Assembly (NCBI GenBank): GCA_036676395.1 | Contig: JAKFCY010000003.1 | Span: 32,001 to 96,000, forward strand | Direction of reading: 5' to 3' | Source of the DNA: Bdellovibrio sp. | Lineage (GTDB): Bacteria; Bdellovibrionota; Bdellovibrionia; Bdellovibrionales; Bdellovibrionaceae | Length of the DNA stretch: 64,000 nt | Part shown: one piece after another, positions 48,242 to 57,915 of the stretch | Position numbering within the stretch: position 1 is the first letter of the stretch | Layout of the letters: each line of letters opens with the position of its first letter | Made by a program: the position numbers and the translations under genes | The notes under the pieces: model-generated | Told to the model about the DNA's origin: nothing | Seen by the model: only the letters and a program-made list of their open reading frames with translations | Databases searched by the model: none

Positions 48242-50623
48242 ATGAAACACAACGAAATCGAATCAAAATGGCAACAGGCCTGGACTAAAGCGCAAGCTTA
48301 CAAGGCTGACAACAACTCGACCAAACCAAAATATTACGCGCTCGATATGTTCCCTTACCCGTCTGGATCAGGTTTACATATGGGTCACATCGCATCTTAC
48401 ACGCCAACAGATATTGTTTCTCGTTATAAAAGAGCGATGGGTTTTAATGTGTTACACCCTATGGGATACGATGCTTTCGGTTTGCCGGCAGAACAATACG
48501 CCATTCAAACTGGTGTGCATCCGGCGATCACGACGCAAAAATCAATCGAGAGTTTCAGAGCCACCCTTCAGCGCTATGGATTTAGCTTTGACTGGTCTCG
48601 CGAAATTTCAACTTGCGATGAAAGCTATTACAAATGGACTCAATTTATCTTCTTAAAACTTTTTGAAAAAGGTTTAGCTTACCAAAAAGAAGTTCCGGTA
48701 AACTGGTGCCCGGCTTTAAAAACTGTTTTAGCCAACGATGAAGTCATTGATGGCAAATCAGAGCGCGGTGGTCACCCCGTCATCCGTAAACCAATGAAGC
48801 AGTGGATGTTAAAAATCACTGACTATGCAGAACGTTTACTAAATGACTTAGATAAAATCGACTGGCCAGAGCGCACCAAAGAAGCGCAACGTAACTGGAT
48901 CGGTAAATCTGAAGGTGCAGTTGTAAAATTTAAAGTTAAAAATTCTGAAGCAGACTTTGAAATCTTCACGACCCGCCCAGACACTATGTTTGGCGTGACG
49001 TTTATGGTGCTGGCTCCAGAACATCCCTTGGTTAAAAAATTAACTTCGGGCGTGCAAGCTAAAGATGTGGCTGATTATATCGAAGCTTCGGCTAAAAAAT
49101 CTGAAGTGGATCGTAAAGCCAATACTGAAAAAACTGGCGTCTTCACTGGTGGTTTTGCGGTAAACCCTGTCACTGGCAAAGATATTCCGGTATGGATTGC
49201 TGATTACGTGATGATGGATTACGGAACTGGCGCGATCATGGCGGTTCCTGGACACGACGAGCGCGATTTTGAATTCGCGACCCAGTTTAAAATCCCGGTT
49301 GTTAGGGTTTTAGAATCAGAAACTGAATTGCCTTTCACTGGTGAAGGGCAATTAACAAATTCTGATTTCTTGAATGGCTTAACAAAAACTGAAGCCATTA
49401 AAAAGATGAATAATTATCTTGAAGAAAAAGGGTTGGGTAAAAAACAAGTTCAGTACAAGCTGCGCGATTGGTTATTTTCACGCCAACGTTACTGGGGTGA
49501 ACCGTTTCCGGTTTACCATGAAGATGGTCAAATCAAACCTGTACCATTAAATGAACTGCCGGTGGTTTTACCACAAGTGGCAAATTACGAACCTTCTGAT
49601 TCTGGAGAATCTCCGCTAGCGAATAATGAAGAATGGCTACCTTATAAAAACGGGCGCCGAGAAACAGACACTATGCCTGGGGCTGCGGGCTCTTCATGGT
49701 ATTTCTTGCGCTACGCTGATCCACATAATACGACTGCGCCATTTTCTGCTGAAGCGATCAAGTACTGGTTACCAGTAGATCTTTATGTGGGCGGCGCCGA
49801 ACATACCGTAGGTCATTTATTATATTCACGTTTTTGGACGAAGGTGCTTTTTGATGTCGGCTTATGTTCTGTTGATGAACCGTTTAAAAAATTGGCTCAC
49901 CAAGGAATGATTTTAGGGCCAGATGGTGAAAAAATGTCAAAATCACGCGGCAATGTGATTCCTGCCGATGATGTGGCCAAAGAAACTGGCGTTGATGCTT
50001 TACGCTGTTACGTTAGCTTCTTGGGGCCAATGGATAAAGATAAACCTTGGTCAGAAACCGGCATCGATGGCGTTCGCAGATTTTTAGACCGCCTTCAACG
50101 TTTGGCCGTCAACGAGCAAACTGGCGAAGTGATCGCTACAGATGCCGCTATGCCTGCAGAAGTTGAAAAATTATTACACAAAACGATCAAAAAAGTTTCG
50201 CAAGATATCGAAGCATTAAATTTCAACACTTGCATCAGCTCGATGATGATTTTGGTCAACGAACTTTATAAATACGAATGCCGATCGAAAAAAGCGTTGT
50301 TGCCATTAGCCCAATTATTACAGCCATTTGCTCCGCATATCGCTGAAGAAATCTGGCATTTATTAGATGGCGCAGGTTTAGTCGTGACGGCTCCGTGGCC
50401 AAAATTCGACCCAGCACTTTGCCAAGACGACACAGTTACCATGGGCGTTCAAGTGAACGGAAAAATGCGTGGCACGGTAGAACTAGCTGTAGCCGCTGAC
50501 GAAGCCACTGCGGTGGCCGAGGCGCTAAAAATCGCTGCTGTAGCTCAAGCCCTAAACGGGGCCCAGCCAGCAAAAGTGATTTACAAAGCGGGCAAAATTT
50601 TAAATCTAATCGCCGGTAAATAA
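48242..50623 (+). CDS. leuS: Leucine-tRNA ligase
   Basis: MFPYPSGSGLHMGH, FTTRPDT and KMSKS; ATG 48242 preferred. Confidence 0.98.
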   Translation: MKHNEIESKWQQAWTKAQAYKADNNSTKPKYYALDMFPYPSGSGLHMGHIASYTPTDIVSRYKRAMGFNVLHPMGYDAFGLPAEQYAIQTGVHPAITTQKSIESFRATLQRYGFSFDWSREISTCDESYYKWTQFIFLKLFEKGLAYQKEVPVNWCPALKTVLANDEVIDGKSERGGHPVIRKPMKQWMLKITDYAERLLNDLDKIDWPERTKEAQRNWIGKSEGAVVKFKVKNSEADFEIFTTRPDTMFGVTFMVLAPEHPLVKKLTSGVQAKDVADYIEASAKKSEVDRKANTEKTGVFTGGFAVNPVTGKDIPVWIADYVMMDYGTGAIMAVPGHDERDFEFATQFKIPVVRVLESETELPFTGEGQLTNSDFLNGLTKTEAIKKMNNYLEEKGLGKKQVQYKLRDWLFSRQRYWGEPFPVYHEDGQIKPVPLNELPVVLPQVANYEPSDSGESPLANNEEWLPYKNGRRETDTMPGAAGSSWYFLRYADPHNTTAPFSAEAIKYWLPVDLYVGGAEHTVGHLLYSRFWTKVLFDVGLCSVDEPFKKLAHQGMILGPDGEKMSKSRGNVIPADDVAKETGVDALRCYVSFLGPMDKDKPWSETGIDGVRRFLDRLQRLAVNEQTGEVIATDAAMPAEVEKLLHKTIKKVSQDIEALNFNTCISSMMILVNELYKYECRSKKALLPLAQLLQPFAPHIAEEIWHLLDGAGLVVTAPWPKFDPALCQDDTVTMGVQVNGKMRGTVELAVAADEATAVAEALKIAAVAQALNGAQPAKVIYKAGKILNLIAGK

Positions 50624-50681
50624 TTTATTGCACCCCCCTAAAAAAACTGTATAAAAAAGTATTAATTTTTTAGGGGGTTTC

Positions 50682-52646
50682 ATGGAAACAGTTCCGTCGT
50701 CGTCATCGACACCTTTACAAACTTTTGCTTACTCAAAAGAAGCTTCTTGGAGCCCTGAAAAAAGTGCTGCCCTGTACGGAATCAATAACTGGGGTAACGG
50801 TTATTTTCGCGTAAACAATAACGGTAACGTTGCGGTAACTCCATTTTCTGAAAAAGGCCCATCCGTTGACCTTTACGAATTAACCCAAGAATTACAAGAT
50901 CGCGGTATTCGCGTTCCGATCATGATTCGTTTTCCAGATATCATTAACCAACGCGTGCAATTGATTCACTCTTGCTTTAACAAAGCGATGACTGAATACA
51001 GCTACAAAGGCCAATTTTGCGGCGTGTACCCAATCAAAGTAAATCAACAGCGTCACCTGGTTCAGGAATTAGTGCGCTTTGGTAAAAACTGTAAACTTGG
51101 TTTAGAGTGCGGCTCTAAACCAGAATTACTAGTGGTTCTTTCTTTAATGAATACTCCAGATGCAGTGATCGTATGTAATGGCTTCAAAGATGCTGAATAT
51201 ATCGAAACTGCGTTACTAGCGCAAAAATTAGGTCGTCAGATTATCATCGTTGTCGATCGTAAAGATGAATTAAAACTCATCATGGATGCGGCGAAAAAAT
51301 TATCTATTAAACCAAAAATTGGTTTCCGCGCGAAATTAAACACGCAAGGTGCCGGCAAATGGGTTGATTCAGCAGGCGCTCGTTCTAAGTTCGGTTTAAC
51401 TGCGGCTGAAATCGTTGAAGGTGTAGAAACTCTTCGTAATGCCGGCATGTTAGATTGTTTAGAATTACTTCATTATCATATCGGCTCACAGGTTCCGTCG
51501 ATCCAATCTATTAAATCTTCATTAAAAGAAGCAGCTCGCTTCTATGTGGAATTACACTTTTTAGGTGCAAAACTTAAGTATATCGATGTAGGTGGCGGCC
51601 TTGGCGTTGATTACGATGGTTCAGGTCACTCTGATTCTTCGGTAAATTACTCTGAGCAAGAGTACGCAAATGACGTGGTTTCAACGATTCAAACACTTTG
51701 TGATGAAAAAAATATTCCACATCCAAATATTATCACTGAATCAGGCCGTGCGTTAGTTGCGCATCACTCGATTTTAATTTTCAACGTGATGGGCGTAAAT
51801 AATCTTTACCGTCAACAACCACCAAATCCTGCAACTAAAAAAGATCCATCAATCATGCAGGATCTTCAGTACATCTTTGAAAAGTTAACTCCTGAAAATC
51901 TGAACGAGTGCTTCAATGATACTATGCAGGCAAAAAATGAGATCTTAAATTTATTCACTTACGGTGTATTAAATTTAACTCAACGTGCTTGGTGCGAAAA
52001 CATGCACTTCACAATCGCAACGAAAATGTTAGAACTTGCACGCAGAACGCCTGATTGCGAAGACATCGTTGAACAATTGCGCGAAGAGCTTTGCGATACT
52101 TATTTCTGTAACTTCTCGGTCTTCCAATCAGTTCCAGATTCTTGGGCTGTGGGTCAGTTATTTCCGGTTATGCCGATTCATAATCTTTCGCAAGAACCAC
52201 ACCATGAGGCTACAATTGCCGACTTAACATGTGATTCTGACGGTAAGATCGAAAAATTCATCGACACTGAAACTGGCGAATTCAAAAAAACATTAAGAAT
52301 TCACCCGTTCAAAGAAGGTGATCCTCCATACTTCTTAGGAATATTTTTAACAGGTGCTTACCAAGAGATCTTAGGCGATTTACATAATTTATTCGGTGAC
52401 ACCGATGCGGTTCACATTTCGATCCACGAATCTGGTTACACCGTAGATCACTACGTACCAGGCGACACAGTAACTGAAGTATTAAGTTACGTTCAGTACG
52501 GCCGCGCAGAAATGGTTGATAGCGTTCGCCAATACACTGAAGAATCAATCGCCTCAGGCGGTATTACTAAGTTAGAAGCCAAAGCATTGTTAAAACACTA
52601 CGAAGAAGGTTTATCAGGCTACACTTACTTAGAAGAGATGGAATAG
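50682..52646 (+). CDS. speA: Biosynthetic arginine decarboxylase
   Basis: YPIKVNQ, CNGFKD, HIGSQ, DVGGGLGVDYDG and DLTCDSDG. Confidence 0.97.
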   Translation: METVPSSSSTPLQTFAYSKEASWSPEKSAALYGINNWGNGYFRVNNNGNVAVTPFSEKGPSVDLYELTQELQDRGIRVPIMIRFPDIINQRVQLIHSCFNKAMTEYSYKGQFCGVYPIKVNQQRHLVQELVRFGKNCKLGLECGSKPELLVVLSLMNTPDAVIVCNGFKDAEYIETALLAQKLGRQIIIVVDRKDELKLIMDAAKKLSIKPKIGFRAKLNTQGAGKWVDSAGARSKFGLTAAEIVEGVETLRNAGMLDCLELLHYHIGSQVPSIQSIKSSLKEAARFYVELHFLGAKLKYIDVGGGLGVDYDGSGHSDSSVNYSEQEYANDVVSTIQTLCDEKNIPHPNIITESGRALVAHHSILIFNVMGVNNLYRQQPPNPATKKDPSIMQDLQYIFEKLTPENLNECFNDTMQAKNEILNLFTYGVLNLTQRAWCENMHFTIATKMLELARRTPDCEDIVEQLREELCDTYFCNFSVFQSVPDSWAVGQLFPVMPIHNLSQEPHHEATIADLTCDSDGKIEKFIDTETGEFKKTLRIHPFKEGDPPYFLGIFLTGAYQEILGDLHNLFGDTDAVHISIHESGYTVDHYVPGDTVTEVLSYVQYGRAEMVDSVRQYTEESIASGGITKLEAKALLKHYEEGLSGYTYLEEME

Positions 52647-52670
52647 GTGCCAGGCCCTATTCCTGGTAAC
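52644..52670 (+). repeat. REP-like repeat copy 4
   Basis: TAGGTGCCAGGCCCTATTCCTGGTAAC; the TAG is the speA stop. Confidence 0.85.
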
Positions 52671-52680
52671 GAGGCGTCAA

Positions 52681-53064
52681 ATGAATACAAATAAAAAAGT
52701 TTTCGCAAGTTTAAGTTTATTAATTGCAGCTGTTGTTACAGTTGCGACTTCTAAACAAGAAGAAGAAACTGAATACTCTTATTTTGGCGCTGCTTCAACC
52801 TGCGCTAACGCTACGACGACTAATCAAGCGATCAGCGTTTCATTTGGTTCAATCATAACTCCTGCAGGCATGACGTTTGTAGACTTAGGCATTCCTAAGA
52901 CGACATTAAATGTCGCAACAGATACAACAGTGTCTGGAACCATTGCCGGTGGCTTAGCTCGTGTTTGTACTTATTCATTAAATACAACCAGTGGCACGCT
53001 ACATGTGTATAGTTGTTCAGATAACAGCAATCCCGTTTGCCAAGTTAGTTTTACTCCGCAGTAG
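52681..53064 (+). CDS. Exported Thr-rich hypothetical protein
   Basis: Hydrophobic N-terminus; four Cys. Confidence 0.7.
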   Translation: MNTNKKVFASLSLLIAAVVTVATSKQEEETEYSYFGAASTCANATTTNQAISVSFGSIITPAGMTFVDLGIPKTTLNVATDTTVSGTIAGGLARVCTYSLNTTSGTLHVYSCSDNSNPVCQVSFTPQ

Positions 53065-53485
53065 TTCTATTTTCAAAAAATCTACGGCCAAAAAAATAAC
53101 ACGCAAGACTTGCGCTTACAGCAACTAAGTCTGTGGGATCACTTGTCACCACAATCGCAAACACATGATTTGAAAACCACTGCACAAATAAATCTTTAAT
53201 ATTCGCATTCAATTTCATTATACAAAACACAACGTCAGTAAAAACGATTGCCGCCAGCAACAGTCCTCGATTAAAAACAAAGTCTTTACGAAAAAGTCGC
53301 ACTAGCAACACGACAACAGCACATAGAAATAACGGAAAATAAAATAACCCCGTAAAATCCGATAGTTTACCGGTAATCATTCCCGCAAATTGATATTTTA
53401 AATAATGATCATTCACGCCTGTCAGAACCACAGCTAACAGCGGCAAGGGATGAATAAAAAAATGAATCGGCTTAAATGAATTCAC
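53051..53485 (-). CDS. Hypothetical integral membrane protein
   Basis: Four hydrophobic segments; NDHYLK, TGKLSDFTGL and DPTDL look like family motifs. Confidence 0.8.
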   Translation of the reverse strand: MNSFKPIHFFIHPLPLLAVVLTGVNDHYLKYQFAGMITGKLSDFTGLFYFPLFLCAVVVLLVRLFRKDFVFNRGLLLAAIVFTDVVFCIMKLNANIKDLFVQWFSNHVFAIVVTSDPTDLVAVSASLACYFFGRRFFENRTTAE

Positions 53486-53524
53486 TTATAAAACTATAAC
53501 TGAAAAACCTGGTTCTCAAAATGC

Positions 53525-53559
53525 AAAAAGCGAAATGGACTTAGGCCACTTCGCTTTTT
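53525..53559 (-). terminator. Intrinsic terminator
   Basis: AAAAAGCGAAGTGG-CCTAAGT-CCATTTCGCTTTTT. Confidence 0.8.
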
Positions 53560-53621
53560 ATTGTTTTTCGTCTCCGACCTGACTGGGAAGGAGTCCGAAT
53601 GACGGATTTTACATCTACCTA
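53525..53621 (-). ncRNA. Putative antisense sRNA (~95 nt, two hairpins), candidate type I antitoxin
   Basis: Promoter TTAA-N15-TCCGATAC (53654-53628); hairpin with CCTTCCC loop; terminator at 53525-53559; G-U pairs fit the minus strand. Confidence 0.65.
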
Positions 53622-53721
53622 TGTAAAGTATCGGAATTTGCGCAAAAATCTTAAGTATTACTTACGGCTAGTTTTAATTCTCTTAGAGATTTTAAGACGC
53701 ATAGTCGATTTGATATCTTAG
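53599..53721 (+). CDS. 40-aa basic amphipathic peptide, candidate type I toxin (absent from the ORF track)
   Basis: GGGAAGGAG SD 5 nt before ATG; MTDFTSTYVKYRNLRKNLKYYLRLVLILLEILRRIVDLIS. Confidence 0.65.
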   Translation: MTDFTSTYVKYRNLRKNLKYYLRLVLILLEILRRIVDLIS

Positions 53722-53850
53722 TTTTTAGCGGGACGCTTTCTTAGCTCACCAATACGTACACTAATTTGGTTAGGATACGAGATGACTGATGATCGATACC
53801 TATGACTGTAGTTATCGAAGTGTCGTGGCTTTAAGTCCACGTTTTAAAAT

Positions 53851-53881
53851 AAAAAAGACCGATCCTAAGATCAGCCTTTTT
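53851..53881 (-). terminator. Intrinsic terminator after the 53910 gene (possibly bidirectional)
   Basis: AAAAAGGCTGATC-TTAG-GATCGGTCTTTTTT on the minus strand. Confidence 0.8.
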
Positions 53882-53909
53882 CAAAGATTTCGAATGTTAA
53901 TTCAAAAAA

Positions 53910-55286
53910 TTACTTTTTATCAAAAAATGTAGCGCGTGTGAATGAAGTCACATCAACGATGCGGCCTAAACCTAAATCTACGCGAATAGAGTTAGCCGAT
54001 AAGTTTAATAATTCGCCGTCATTAGTTAAGCCAACCATAGTGCTAGCCGCTTTATGAACGCGCTTTACGTCTGCATCAACGGCTACGTTGTTAGCAGCAG
54101 TGATTTTACCAGTCGTACCTTCACAAGAGATTTTTACTACACCTTTAGTTGTATTAACATAAGCGTAGTTTTTCTCTGGAGTGTAACCTTCAGTATAAAC
54201 GATTGATAGGGCTTCACCGCCACCAAGCTGAACTTCGTTAGCTTGTGCTGGATTTTGACGTTTATCACAGAAAAATTTAACTTTAGTTTTTTCAACACGA
54301 GCATTCCATGTCCATGCGAAGTAGTAATCAACAACGTTTGCACGAGTCGCTGCATTGTCATTGTATTCGCCAGAAAGTGGAGAAATTTCGCCAGTTTGAA
54401 AAATTCTAGACATAGCTAAGTTTTTGTCTTCGGGAATAAAAACCAAGCCCATTTTGCTTTTTACAAATTGACCGTAGTTTTCAGTTTTACCGATGAGCTT
54501 AGCCGTTTTTAAGTTAGCATCGATGTGAAACATTTCACGATCAGCAGTTAAAGCTAAGAAAGCCTCTTCTTTATTGATAGTTACCGGAGTTTGAAATGCT
54601 TCAGCAGCATAAATCAAAGACGATGCTTGTGCTAAGGCACGGTGTGCAGGGTGAATGTCTTTACCGTAAGCGCCAAGTTGTGCGTAAGTTTCAACTGTTA
54701 CAGCGTATGAACCTGCATCAGAGATTTTTTTATCACAAGCACCGTTAAGACCAGCGCGAGGACCTTGCGAACAAGTTGTGTGTGGGTAACCTTCGATGTG
54801 ACGTGCTTCATGCATAAATACAGAAGCTAAATCAAGCGGAGTAAATGCAGGCGTTAAAGCCATCGGGCAAACGTGCATTGTGTTTTGGTGAAAAAATCCG
54901 TAAACGAAAGCGATCACACCTTGTGGGCATGATTTTTCGATAGCGAAAGTTTTTACTAAGTTAGTTGTGTATTTATACCAATCACCAGCAAAAGTGCCTT
55001 TGAATAAATCATCAGGGCTATTTGTCATAGGCTGAGTGAATTGCACTTTACGGATGTAGTGGATACCCGCAAGTAAGTAAGCTTCTTCTGAACCATCATT
55101 GCAATATTCTTTGCCAGATAGTTTTGCGAATTGTTTAAAGTCTTTCGCGATTTGAGTCATATCTGCTGCAGGAATACAGCTGCCTGCATCTGTGCCTGGA
55201 GTTGGCTCTGTGATTGGGCCGATGCCGATTTGAGCTTGTGCTGATAAAGAAAAACCAAGCACTACTGCTAATAATAATTGTTTCAT
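53910..55286 (-). CDS. Secreted HExxH metallopeptidase-like protein
   Basis: Signal peptide from ATG 55286 (AGGGGG SD); FMHEARHIEG. Confidence 0.75.
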   Translation of the reverse strand: MKQLLLAVVLGFSLSAQAQIGIGPITEPTPGTDAGSCIPAADMTQIAKDFKQFAKLSGKEYCNDGSEEAYLLAGIHYIRKVQFTQPMTNSPDDLFKGTFAGDWYKYTTNLVKTFAIEKSCPQGVIAFVYGFFHQNTMHVCPMALTPAFTPLDLASVFMHEARHIEGYPHTTCSQGPRAGLNGACDKKISDAGSYAVTVETYAQLGAYGKDIHPAHRALAQASSLIYAAEAFQTPVTINKEEAFLALTADREMFHIDANLKTAKLIGKTENYGQFVKSKMGLVFIPEDKNLAMSRIFQTGEISPLSGEYNDNAATRANVVDYYFAWTWNARVEKTKVKFFCDKRQNPAQANEVQLGGGEALSIVYTEGYTPEKNYAYVNTTKGVVKISCEGTTGKITAANNVAVDADVKRVHKAASTMVGLTNDGELLNLSANSIRVDLGLGRIVDVTSFTRATFFDKK

Positions 55287-55357
55287 GTGACTGCCCCCCT
55301 TGGTGTCGCCAAAGAGTTCACCCCAAAATGGAACCAGTTTCAACAAGATTTCGTCAG

Positions 55358-56098
55358 TTATTTCGAGATTTCTTTGAGTTTATTCTGAGCGTAATTTTTA
55401 ACACCGGGATCTTTTACACTGCGACTTAATTTTGTCAGCTCAGCTAAGGCCTTATTCGCTGCCGCAACATCATCGCCTCGCGCTAAATCTGCAAGTCGAT
55501 TAATTGCTAAAACGCGTAATGCGCGCTCTTGCACTTGCTGCGTCTCAGCCAAACTATGAGCTTCGGGCTTACCATCAAGCTTAATCGGGCTCAGAACTAA
55601 GGCAGAAAGATCGGCCACATTCGCATATCCTGCATAACCTAATAAATAGGCCGCAAGAATTCGATCATTTACATTCGGAGACTTCGCGCGAGCCACCATC
55701 GCTAATTGCTTAAATTGTGCTGGCGTCATCTTGTTTGTTATCTGCAGATAACGTTGCTGCACGACTTCTTCATTTACATTGTACTGATTCATTAATTTTA
55801 CTTCAGCGTCAAACCACTCTTTAAATTGATTTGGCGTTACTTCCGACGGATCAAAAGCAGGCAAAGCTGCCTGAGCCGCTGCTGCTGTAGCTGAAACCGC
55901 GTGAGCTTCAGCAGCTCCTGCAAAACCACCCGCTTGTTTTTTGCCTTTGATTTTTTCACTGACCGCTGCGGTTACAGATTTAATTTCATACAGTGGTGTG
56001 CGGCCAAATAGAATCCAATCAACTAAAGCCAGCAATACAACTAAGATTAAAAAACCAAAGAATAATTTTTTATTAAACCACTCACTGGAAAATTTCAT
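55358..56098 (-). CDS. Membrane-anchored helical (HEAT-like) hypothetical protein
   Basis: N-terminal TM, Ala-rich linker and helical C-terminus. Confidence 0.7.
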   Translation of the reverse strand: MKFSSEWFNKKLFFGFLILVVLLALVDWILFGRTPLYEIKSVTAAVSEKIKGKKQAGGFAGAAEAHAVSATAAAAQAALPAFDPSEVTPNQFKEWFDAEVKLMNQYNVNEEVVQQRYLQITNKMTPAQFKQLAMVARAKSPNVNDRILAAYLLGYAGYANVADLSALVLSPIKLDGKPEAHSLAETQQVQERALRVLAINRLADLARGDDVAAANKALAELTKLSRSVKDPGVKNYAQNKLKEISK

Positions 56099-56876
56099 AT
56101 TTTACCTCGGCCCAATATTCAAAGGCCTTTAAATCTTCGGGAGTTCCCCATTGAAAGAATTTATTAATTTCATAAGCGTGAACTTTTAAATCCCCGCGCA
56201 CATTCATTAAAGCTTTAGCCGCCAACGAAGTAAAAAATTCGCCGTGCCAGCTTAACTTTTGTTTTTGCTGTTCGATCAGCGCTTCTTTTAAAAGTTTTGC
56301 GCTTTTAAAATAATAACCACCTGTTGAAGCAAAATCATCTTCACGGTTTTTCGAAAACGATTCTTTTTCTTTAATATCTATAATTTGGTGTCCTTCGGTT
56401 TTAGCGTAACAATACATATTGCTTGTTAAGTAATGCGCGTGAAATCCACGGTAACCGACAAAACAAATATCTGAATCATTCGTATTTACAAAATTTAAAA
56501 AGTGTTCTGGATTCCAAACTTGACCGTAATCACAGTAAGTCACAAATACCGGCTGATCAGCGTGGATTAATTCTAAGCCCGCAATCACCGTTTGCATTGG
56601 TCCGCCAGTATTCGGCGCAATTTCTGCAAAACGAACATCATTGCGTTCGCCTTCGATAAATTGAATATGATTTTTTGTAAAATCTTGGTCGTTGATTACA
56701 CAAACCGTTGGCCAAGATTGTGGAAACAGATCAAGCACGCGCTTGACCATTGGTTTTCCTAAGACATTGACGAAGGGTTTTGGTTCGGTGTAGCCCGCTT
56801 GGCGAAAGCGAAGCCCTCTTCCGCCCATGGTCACTAATACTACAGGTCTACTATCGCCTTCCAAAAGATTAACCAA
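56082..56876 (-). CDS. Sugar-phosphate nucleotidyltransferase-like protein
   Basis: MGGRGLRF...PKPFVNVLGKPM, YCD, IKEK and WGTPEDL. Confidence 0.85.
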   Translation of the reverse strand: MVNLLEGDSRPVVLVTMGGRGLRFRQAGYTEPKPFVNVLGKPMVKRVLDLFPQSWPTVCVINDQDFTKNHIQFIEGERNDVRFAEIAPNTGGPMQTVIAGLELIHADQPVFVTYCDYGQVWNPEHFLNFVNTNDSDICFVGYRGFHAHYLTSNMYCYAKTEGHQIIDIKEKESFSKNREDDFASTGGYYFKSAKLLKEALIEQQKQKLSWHGEFFTSLAAKALMNVRGDLKVHAYEINKFFQWGTPEDLKAFEYWAEVKYEIFQ

Positions 56877-57903
56877 CCGACGATTTCGAATCGAATGCGT
56901 CGCGTACCGCTAAGCCGATATTAATTAATAACGTTAACGTTATAATTAAAGCGGCAGCTGGGTACCAGACTAACCACTCTGCCGTGGTAAAGTATTTTTG
57001 TGCCTGTTGCAGTAATTCACCCCAACTTGGAGTGGGTGCACGCAAACCTAAACCTAAATAATCTAAGAAAGATAAAACCGAAATATTTGCAGCAATATCA
57101 AACGGAGAAAACGTCACAACCGGCGTAATCGCATTCGGTAAGATATGTTTAAAAATCACGCGCTTGTCAGATGAACCTAAAGCCTTGGCTGCTTCAACGT
57201 ATTCACGTTTACGTAATTGTAAAAACTGCGCGCGCATATAAAGCGCCATCTTCGTCCAATCAAATAGTGCTAAGAATAAAACCAGCACTAATAAATTTGG
57301 CGTAAAAATAGAAATGATCGTGATCAAAATTAACGTTGTCGGCATTGTTTGAATAATTTCAACTGAACGCATACCAATTAAATCGATCTTACCACCGTAA
57401 TAACCGGCAATAGAACCAATCGTAATACCGACAAGGTACGAACAAATCCATGCCCCTAAGGCAAAGATAAATGAATAACGTAATCCGTAAAGTAGACGGG
57501 TTAGAACATCACGACCACGATCGTCTGTTCCCATCGGATTAAATTTAGTCGGAGCCGCCGGGTAACTTTCAACTGTCGTATTACTTTCAAACGGATCCCA
57601 TTGAACCACTGGCCATACAGCCCAGTCGCCTTCTTTAAAATCTAAAGAGCGGTAATCCATCACATAAATATCTTCGCGGCCAAATACGGTTGGGTGATAT
57701 TCTTTAACTAATGGAAAATAAATTTCACCCTGATATTTCATAACATGGGGTTTACTGTTCGCCCAGAATTCAGCCGTGAACGAAAAAAACAATAATGCCA
57801 AAATCATCCACGAAGAAAAAACGGCTAATTTATTTCTTTTAAAACGGCGGTAGCGTTTTAAAGTTAGTTCATTTGTAATAAATCTGTTTTCAATGATGTT
57901 CAT
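56869..57903 (-). CDS. oppC: Peptide ABC transporter permease (OppC/YejE-like)
   Basis: GTDDRGRDVLTRLLYG, EYVEAAKALG and PSWG. Confidence 0.88.
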   Translation of the reverse strand: MNIIENRFITNELTLKRYRRFKRNKLAVFSSWMILALLFFSFTAEFWANSKPHVMKYQGEIYFPLVKEYHPTVFGREDIYVMDYRSLDFKEGDWAVWPVVQWDPFESNTTVESYPAAPTKFNPMGTDDRGRDVLTRLLYGLRYSFIFALGAWICSYLVGITIGSIAGYYGGKIDLIGMRSVEIIQTMPTTLILITIISIFTPNLLVLVLFLALFDWTKMALYMRAQFLQLRKREYVEAAKALGSSDKRVIFKHILPNAITPVVTFSPFDIAANISVLSFLDYLGLGLRAPTPSWGELLQQAQKYFTTAEWLVWYPAAALIITLTLLINIGLAVRDAFDSKSSVG

Positions 57904-57915
57904 CTATATTTACCG

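Noticed and set aside
53811..53835. Second sigma28 promoter (TTCGATAA with upstream TAAA)
   Set aside because: The spacing is only 10 nt; the sequence is better explained as the 3' arm of the long-range pairing.
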